The translations under genes were made by a program, and so were the position numbers. Shown here in pieces: positions 59,035-64,000 of a stretch of DNA of 64,000 bases (positions are counted from its first letter, which is position 1; every line of letters starts with the position of its first letter). This DNA is from an uncultured delta proteobacterium (GTDB taxonomy: Bacteria > Myxococcota_A > Polyangia > Polyangiales > Polyangiaceae). The notes beneath the pieces were generated by a model that worked only from the letters and a program-made list of their open reading frames with translations, was not told where the DNA came from and searched no databases. Location: the NCBI GenBank assembly GCA_963782055.1, contig CAWAIF010000003.1:6695948-6759947 (forward strand), given 5' to 3'.

Positions 59035-61185
59035 TCAGCGGGCGAGCTTCAGCCGGGCATCCGCCGCCACCGAAGGGGTGCCAGGCGGCGCGGCGAAGAA
59101 GGGGTTGATGTCCAGCTCCTGGATCTCGCTGAACTCCCCCACCAGGTGGTTGAGGCGGAGCAGCGTCTCCTTCAGCACCTCCAGGTCCACCGCCGGCAGG
59201 CCGCGGGCGCCGGTGAGCAGGGGGTAGCCCTTGATCTGGCGGATCATGTCGGCCGCGTCGACGTCGGAGATGGGATACACGCCGAACTCCACGTCCTTGA
59301 GGACCTCCACGAAGATGCCGCCCAGCCCGAACATCAGCAGGGGGCCGAACTGCGGGTCGAGCGAGGAGCCGAAGATGACCTCGGTGCCGCCGCCCGCCAT
59401 CCGCTGCACGACGAGGGTGGCCGCGGCGTCCTGCTCACGCGCCCTGGCCAGCATCTCGGTGGCCGCGCCGCGCACCGCCTCCGCGTCGCGCAGGTCGAGG
59501 CGCACGCCGCCCACGTCCGACTTGTGCACCACCACCGCCGAGCTGACCTTGAGCGCCACCGGGAAGCCGAGCTCGGCGGCCGCCGACGCGGCCTGCTCCG
59601 TGTCGCTCGCCTCCAGCCACGGCGCCGTCGGAATGCCCGCCGCCTGGAAGACGCGGCTCGCCTCCGCCAGGGTGAGTTGAAGCCGGCCCTCGCGGCGCGC
59701 GCCCTCGAACACCTGCCGGATGGTGCGTCGGTCGAAGTCGTCGAAGGACGGCGTGACGCCGCGCGGCCGCTGCTGCCACGCGCGGTAGCGCACCAGCGCA
59801 TGGAGCGCGAGGGCGGCGTCCTCCGGGAAGGTGTAGACCGGCAGCTCCGCCGCCTTGAGGCGCAGGGTCGCCTCGTGGGAGGCGACCTTGCCCATGAAAC
59901 AGACCACCGCGGGCTTGTCGCGCCCGGCGAGGCCCTTCACGATCCCCTCCGCCACGGCGAGGCCGTCGATCATCTCGAGGGAGGTGAAGACGGCGATGAT
60001 GGCGTCGACGTTGGGATCGGCCGCCACCGCGCGCAGACAGATCTCGTACTTCTCCCCGGTGGCGGTCGCGATCATGTCCACCGGGTTGGCGACGCTCGCC
60101 TCCGGCACCAGCGCCGCGCGCATGACCTTCTGCGTCTTCTCGTCCAGCGCGGGCAGGCGCAGCCCGAGCTGCACGCACGCGTCGGTGGCCAGGATGGCCG
60201 GCCCGCCGGAGTTGGTGACGATGCCGACGCGGTTGCCGCGCGGCACCGGCTGGGTGGAGAGGGCCGCCGCGCACACGAAGAGCTCGTGGATGGAGGCGGC
60301 GCGGATCACCCCGCACTGCGCCAGCAGCGAGTCCACGGCCCGGTCCGCTCCCGCGAGCGACCCGGTGTGCGACGCGGCCGCGCGAGCCCCCGCCGCGGTG
60401 CGCCCCGACTTCACGACCACGACCGGCTTGGTGCGCGTGACCCGCCGCGCGATCCGGAAGAAGCGCCGCGGGTTGCCGAAGCTCTCCAGGTACATGAGGA
60501 TCGCCCGCGTCCGCGGGTCCTGCTCCCAGTACTCCAGCAGGTCGTTACCCGAGACGTCCGCCTTGTTGCCGAGCGAGGCGAACATCGAGAGGCCGAGGCC
60601 CATCGCCCGCATCGACGCGAGCACCGCCTCGCCGAGCGCGCCCGACTGCGAGGAGAAGGCGAGGTTGCCCGGCAAGGGCTCGGTCGCGGCGAAGGACGCG
60701 TTCAGCCGCACCTCCGGGTCGGTGTTGATGATGCCCATGCAGTTGGGCCCGATGACCCGCATGCCGTGGACCCTCGCCATATCGCGGATCTCCAGCTCCG
60801 CCGCCGCCCCCTCCGCGCCCACCTCCTTGAAGCCGGCGGTGACGATGACCATCCCCCGCACGCCCTTGCGCGCGCAGCCCTCCACCACGCCGCGCACCAG
60901 CCCCTTCGGGACGGAGACGATCGCCAGGTCCACGTCGTCCGGGATGGACTCCACGTCCGGGTAGCACTTGAGGCTGTGGACCACCGACGCGTGGGGGTTG
61001 ACCGGGAAGACCTGACCCTGCAGCTCGTAGCCGATCAGGTTGTGCAGGATGTCCCAGCCGATCGCGTGGCGCTGTCGCGACGCGCCGATGAGCGCCACCG
61101 AGCGAGGACGGAACAGCGCGTCGAGGGAGGCGCCGGCGGCGCGAGCGGCTTGCTCGGGGAGCGGGGAGGCGTGGCGGTCGGACAT
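59035..61185 (-). CDS. ADP-forming acyl-CoA (acetyl-CoA) synthetase, fused alpha/beta type
   Basis: 716 aa. CoA-binding Rossmann domain, phospho-His loop 'GPNCMGII', ligase-CoA domain, C-terminal ATP-grasp. Confidence 0.8.
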   Translation of the reverse strand: MSDRHASPLPEQAARAAGASLDALFRPRSVALIGASRQRHAIGWDILHNLIGYELQGQVFPVNPHASVVHSLKCYPDVESIPDDVDLAIVSVPKGLVRGVVEGCARKGVRGMVIVTAGFKEVGAEGAAAELEIRDMARVHGMRVIGPNCMGIINTDPEVRLNASFAATEPLPGNLAFSSQSGALGEAVLASMRAMGLGLSMFASLGNKADVSGNDLLEYWEQDPRTRAILMYLESFGNPRRFFRIARRVTRTKPVVVVKSGRTAAGARAAASHTGSLAGADRAVDSLLAQCGVIRAASIHELFVCAAALSTQPVPRGNRVGIVTNSGGPAILATDACVQLGLRLPALDEKTQKVMRAALVPEASVANPVDMIATATGEKYEICLRAVAADPNVDAIIAVFTSLEMIDGLAVAEGIVKGLAGRDKPAVVCFMGKVASHEATLRLKAAELPVYTFPEDAALALHALVRYRAWQQRPRGVTPSFDDFDRRTIRQVFEGARREGRLQLTLAEASRVFQAAGIPTAPWLEASDTEQAASAAAELGFPVALKVSSAVVVHKSDVGGVRLDLRDAEAVRGAATEMLARAREQDAAATLVVQRMAGGGTEVIFGSSLDPQFGPLLMFGLGGIFVEVLKDVEFGVYPISDVDAADMIRQIKGYPLLTGARGLPAVDLEVLKETLLRLNHLVGEFSEIQELDINPFFAAPPGTPSVAADARLKLAR

Positions 61186-61290
61186 GAGAGCACCTCGGGG
61201 CGAGGACGGAGCGTCACGTTGATACGTGGCCCCGCCCCGCGAGGCAATGCGCTCGGGCGCACGGACGCGCTTCCCCGGGCGCCGCGATCG

Positions 61291-63225
61291 TCAGGACCCG
61301 GGCGCGCCGCCGTGTGGGGCATCGAGCACCTCGCGCACCTTCCGCAGCAGGGCATCGGGGGTGATGGGCTTCGGGAGGAAGGCCACGCCGGAGTCGAGGA
61401 CTCCGTGGTGCACGATGGCGTTCTCGGTGTAGCCGGAGACGTAGAGCACCTTCATCTGCGGCCGCAGCGGCCCCAGGCGCTCGGCCACCTCGCGTCCGCT
61501 CATGCGGGGCATCACCACGTCGGTGAGGAGCAGGTGGAGCTTGCCCTCGTACTTCTCGCAGACCAGGAGGGCCTCCCCGCCGTTCTGCGCCTCCAGCACG
61601 TTGTAGCCGGCCCGCCGCAGCACGGACCGGACGATGGTGCGCACCTGCTGGTCGTCCTCGACGAGCAGGACGGTCTCCGTCCCGCGGAGAGTGGCGAGCG
61701 ACGGCGGCACCGAGACGGCCGACGCGACCGCCGACGCGGACGCACGCGGGAAGTACGCCTTGAACGTCGTGCCCTCCCCAGGCTCGGAGTAGACCCACAC
61801 GTGCCCGCCCGACTGCTTCACGATCCCGTAGACCGTCGCCAGGCCGAGACCGGTCCCCTTCCCGGTCTCCTTCGTGGTGAAGAAGGGCTCGAAGATGTGG
61901 CCGAGCGTCGCGGCGTCCATGCCCGTGCCGGAGTCGGTCACCGCCAGCATCACGTAGTCGCCCGGCGCGACGTCGACGTGCTGCGCCGCGTACCCGGCGT
62001 CGAGCGTCACGTCGGCCGTCTCGATGGAGAGCTTGCCCCCCCGCGGCATCGCGTCGCGCGCGTTGACGACGAGGTTCATGATCACCTGCCCCACCTGACC
62101 CGGGTCCGCGTGGATCTTCCCGACGTGGTGCGCGGTGAGGAGCGAGAAGTCGATGTCCTCGCCGAGCAGCCGGCGGAGCATCTTCTCCAGCCCGCTGACC
62201 ACGTGGTTCATGTCGATCAGCCGGGGCTGCATCACCTGCTGCCGGCTGAAGGCCAGAAGCTGCCGTGTCAGGTCCGCCGCGCGCTCCCCCGCCTTGCGGA
62301 TCTCTTCCAGATCCGCCATCGCCGGGTCGCCCGGCGTCATGTCGCCCAGAAGCAGGCCCGCGTAGCTGAGGATGACCGACAGCAGGTTGTTGAAGTCGTG
62401 CGCCACGCCGCCTGCGAGGCTGCCGATGGCCTCCATCTTCTGCGCGCGCCGGAGCTGCTCCTCCAGACGCTTGCGCTCGGTGAGGTCGAGGCAGAGCGAG
62501 ATGGTGCGGGTGGCATCCAGACTGGCCACCGCCACCAAGACGGGCACGCGGCTGCCATCCTTGCGCTCGTACTCCCTCTCCCAGGGCCTGGCCGCGCCCT
62601 TCGCGCGGAGCTGCTCGTCCGCCGCCGCCTCCAGGGCCCCCCCCTCGGTCAGCGTCGTCCAGCGCACGAGCCCGGACTCCAGGTCGTCGCGCGAGTAGCC
62701 CACGGTCCCGAGGAACGCGTCGTTCGCCTCCACGACGAGCCCGGACTCCTCCGCGACGGCGATGCCGACGACGCCCGACTCCGCGAGACGCCGCAGGCGC
62801 AGCTCGCTCGCCTGCAGGGCGCGCTCGGTCTCGCGGCGGGAGCGCCGGGTGGCGGCGTCCCGCACCTCCCGCTCGATGGCCGGCGCCAGGCGCGTGAGCC
62901 GCCCCTTGAGCAGGTAGTCATGGACGCCGAGCTTCATCGCCTCCACGGCGATGTCCTCGCCGACGGTGCCGGAGACGATGATGAAGGGCAGGTCGAGCTC
63001 TCGCGCGCGCAGCACCTTGTAGGCGGACGGCGCGTCGAAGGAGGGGAGCGAGTAGTCGGACACGACGACGTCCCACTCGCGGGTGTCGAGCGCTTCCACC
63101 ATCCCCGCGCGGGACTCGACGCGGAGGGCCGTCACGTCGAAGCCGCCGCGCCGCAGCTCGCGCAGCACCAGCTCCGCGTCGTTCTCGGAGTCCTCGACCA
63201 TCAGCACCCGCAGCGGAGTGGTCAT
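61291..63225 (-). CDS. Hybrid sensor histidine kinase (REC-PAS-HisKA-HATPase-REC)
   Basis: Start at 'MTTPLRVLMVEDSENDAELVLR' (REC). H-box 'VAHDFNNLL', HATPase 'DSGTGM', 'GTGLGLATV'. C-terminal REC 'LLVEDDQQVR...VVMPRMSG'. ATGA overlap with the upstream kinase gene. Confidence 0.85.
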   Translation of the reverse strand: MTTPLRVLMVEDSENDAELVLRELRRGGFDVTALRVESRAGMVEALDTREWDVVVSDYSLPSFDAPSAYKVLRARELDLPFIIVSGTVGEDIAVEAMKLGVHDYLLKGRLTRLAPAIEREVRDAATRRSRRETERALQASELRLRRLAESGVVGIAVAEESGLVVEANDAFLGTVGYSRDDLESGLVRWTTLTEGGALEAAADEQLRAKGAARPWEREYERKDGSRVPVLVAVASLDATRTISLCLDLTERKRLEEQLRRAQKMEAIGSLAGGVAHDFNNLLSVILSYAGLLLGDMTPGDPAMADLEEIRKAGERAADLTRQLLAFSRQQVMQPRLIDMNHVVSGLEKMLRRLLGEDIDFSLLTAHHVGKIHADPGQVGQVIMNLVVNARDAMPRGGKLSIETADVTLDAGYAAQHVDVAPGDYVMLAVTDSGTGMDAATLGHIFEPFFTTKETGKGTGLGLATVYGIVKQSGGHVWVYSEPGEGTTFKAYFPRASASAVASAVSVPPSLATLRGTETVLLVEDDQQVRTIVRSVLRRAGYNVLEAQNGGEALLVCEKYEGKLHLLLTDVVMPRMSGREVAERLGPLRPQMKVLYVSGYTENAIVHHGVLDSGVAFLPKPITPDALLRKVREVLDAPHGGAPGS

Positions 63226-64000
63226 CGGCGCGTCTCCTCGGCGGGCGGGCTCTCCAGCGTGAAGTAGAAGGTCGCGCCGCGGTCGACCTCCGCCCTCGCC
63301 CAGACCTCGCCCCCGTGACGGCGGACGATGCGCCGCACCGTGGCGAGGCCGATGCCCGAGCCCTCGAACTCGGCGTGGCTGTGGAGCCGCTGGAAGGCGC
63401 CGAACAGCCGCGACGCGTAGGCCTGGTCGAAGCCGGCGCCGTCGTCGCGGACGAAGAAGACGGTGCGACCGTCCTCGGTCTCGCTCCCCACCTCCACGTG
63501 CGCGATGGGTCGCTTGCTCGTGAACTTCCACGCGTTGCCGAGGAGGTTCTGCAGCACCGCGCCGAGCAGGTTGGCGTCCCCCATCGCGCGGAGCCCGCCC
63601 TGCACCGTCACCTCCACGTGGCGCCCGGGGCTGGCCTCCTGCAGGCGCGCGCAGATGCCCTGCGCCAGCGCGCAGAGGTCCACCGGCGCGCGCAGCAACC
63701 CCGCCCGCGACACGCGCGAGAGCTCGAGAAGCGCGTCGATGAGCCCGGCCATGTGCCGCGCCGACGCGCACACGCGGCGCAGGTACTCCATCCCCTCCGG
63801 GCGGAGATCGCCGCCGTGGTCTTCCTGCAGCGCCTCGCTGAAGCCCTCGATGGCCCGCAGCGGAGCGCGCAGGTCGTGGGCCACGGAGTAGCTGAACGCC
63901 TCCAGCTCGCGGTTCGCCGACTCCGCCTCCGTCTTGGCATGCCGCAGCTCCTGCTCGGCGCGCTTCTCCTCCGTCATGTCCCGCGCGACGGCGTGGATGG
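63222..64000 (-). CDS. Sensor histidine kinase, 5' end truncated by the window edge
   Basis: H-box 'VAHDLRAPL', HATPase 'DDGAGF', 'GSGIGLATV'. The reading frame stays open to position 64000. Confidence 0.75.
   Translation of the reverse strand, partial: IHAVARDMTEEKRAEQELRHAKTEAESANRELEAFSYSVAHDLRAPLRAIEGFSEALQEDHGGDLRPEGMEYLRRVCASARHMAGLIDALLELSRVSRAGLLRAPVDLCALAQGICARLQEASPGRHVEVTVQGGLRAMGDANLLGAVLQNLLGNAWKFTSKRPIAHVEVGSETEDGRTVFFVRDDGAGFDQAYASRLFGAFQRLHSHAEFEGSGIGLATVRRIVRRHGGEVWARAEVDRGATFYFTLESPPAEETRR

Overview
The window is ~70% GC. A MYXO-CTERM sorting signal at the end of the 15626..16852 protein points to a Myxococcota chromosome, with dense, mostly housekeeping-style gene content. 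There is no CRISPR array, rRNA, transposase or integrase. One tRNA-Arg(TCG) is present.

About 20 kb (23.7-44.9 kb) form an N-oxide / nitrosative-stress island. It contains a clade II (Sec/lipoprotein-type) nitrous-oxide reductase cluster, nosZ-nosB-nosD-nosF-nosL-nosY plus a cytochrome c. A Crp/Fnr regulator sits next to it. Two hemerythrin-like proteins and an H-NOX-like gene lie in the island. A sigma-54 activator with a 4-Cys N-terminus sits divergently from a predicted sigma-54-driven ytfE(RIC)-DUF362-DUF488 operon. The island also holds a compact Nar-like molybdopterin oxidoreductase operon (HPP transporter, NarI-like membrane protein, Mo subunit, 4Fe-4S subunit, Rieske protein, small membrane protein), with a MarR regulator and a ClC channel beside it.

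Other loci:
- A tightly coupled operon of a zinc-ribbon protein plus three paralogous tandem-YbjQ (DUF74) proteins.
- A ClpB whose first nucleotide-binding domain has degenerate Walker A and B motifs.
- A perfect 48-bp x 4.4 tandem repeat at the 5' end of a MYXO-CTERM protein gene.
- The hemA and ccsA-like pair, LivFGM and SspB.
- A SUKH (SMI1/KNR4) immunity-like protein.
- Two-component kinases at both ends.

Three genes show apparent single-base frameshifts or a missing stop. Two sit at homopolymer runs and the third beside a G4 run.

Coordinates are taken from the supplied ORF track. Start codons are chosen by signal peptides, domain boundaries, RBS-like sequence and ATGA/GTGA overlaps. My hand counting may be off by 1 nt in places.
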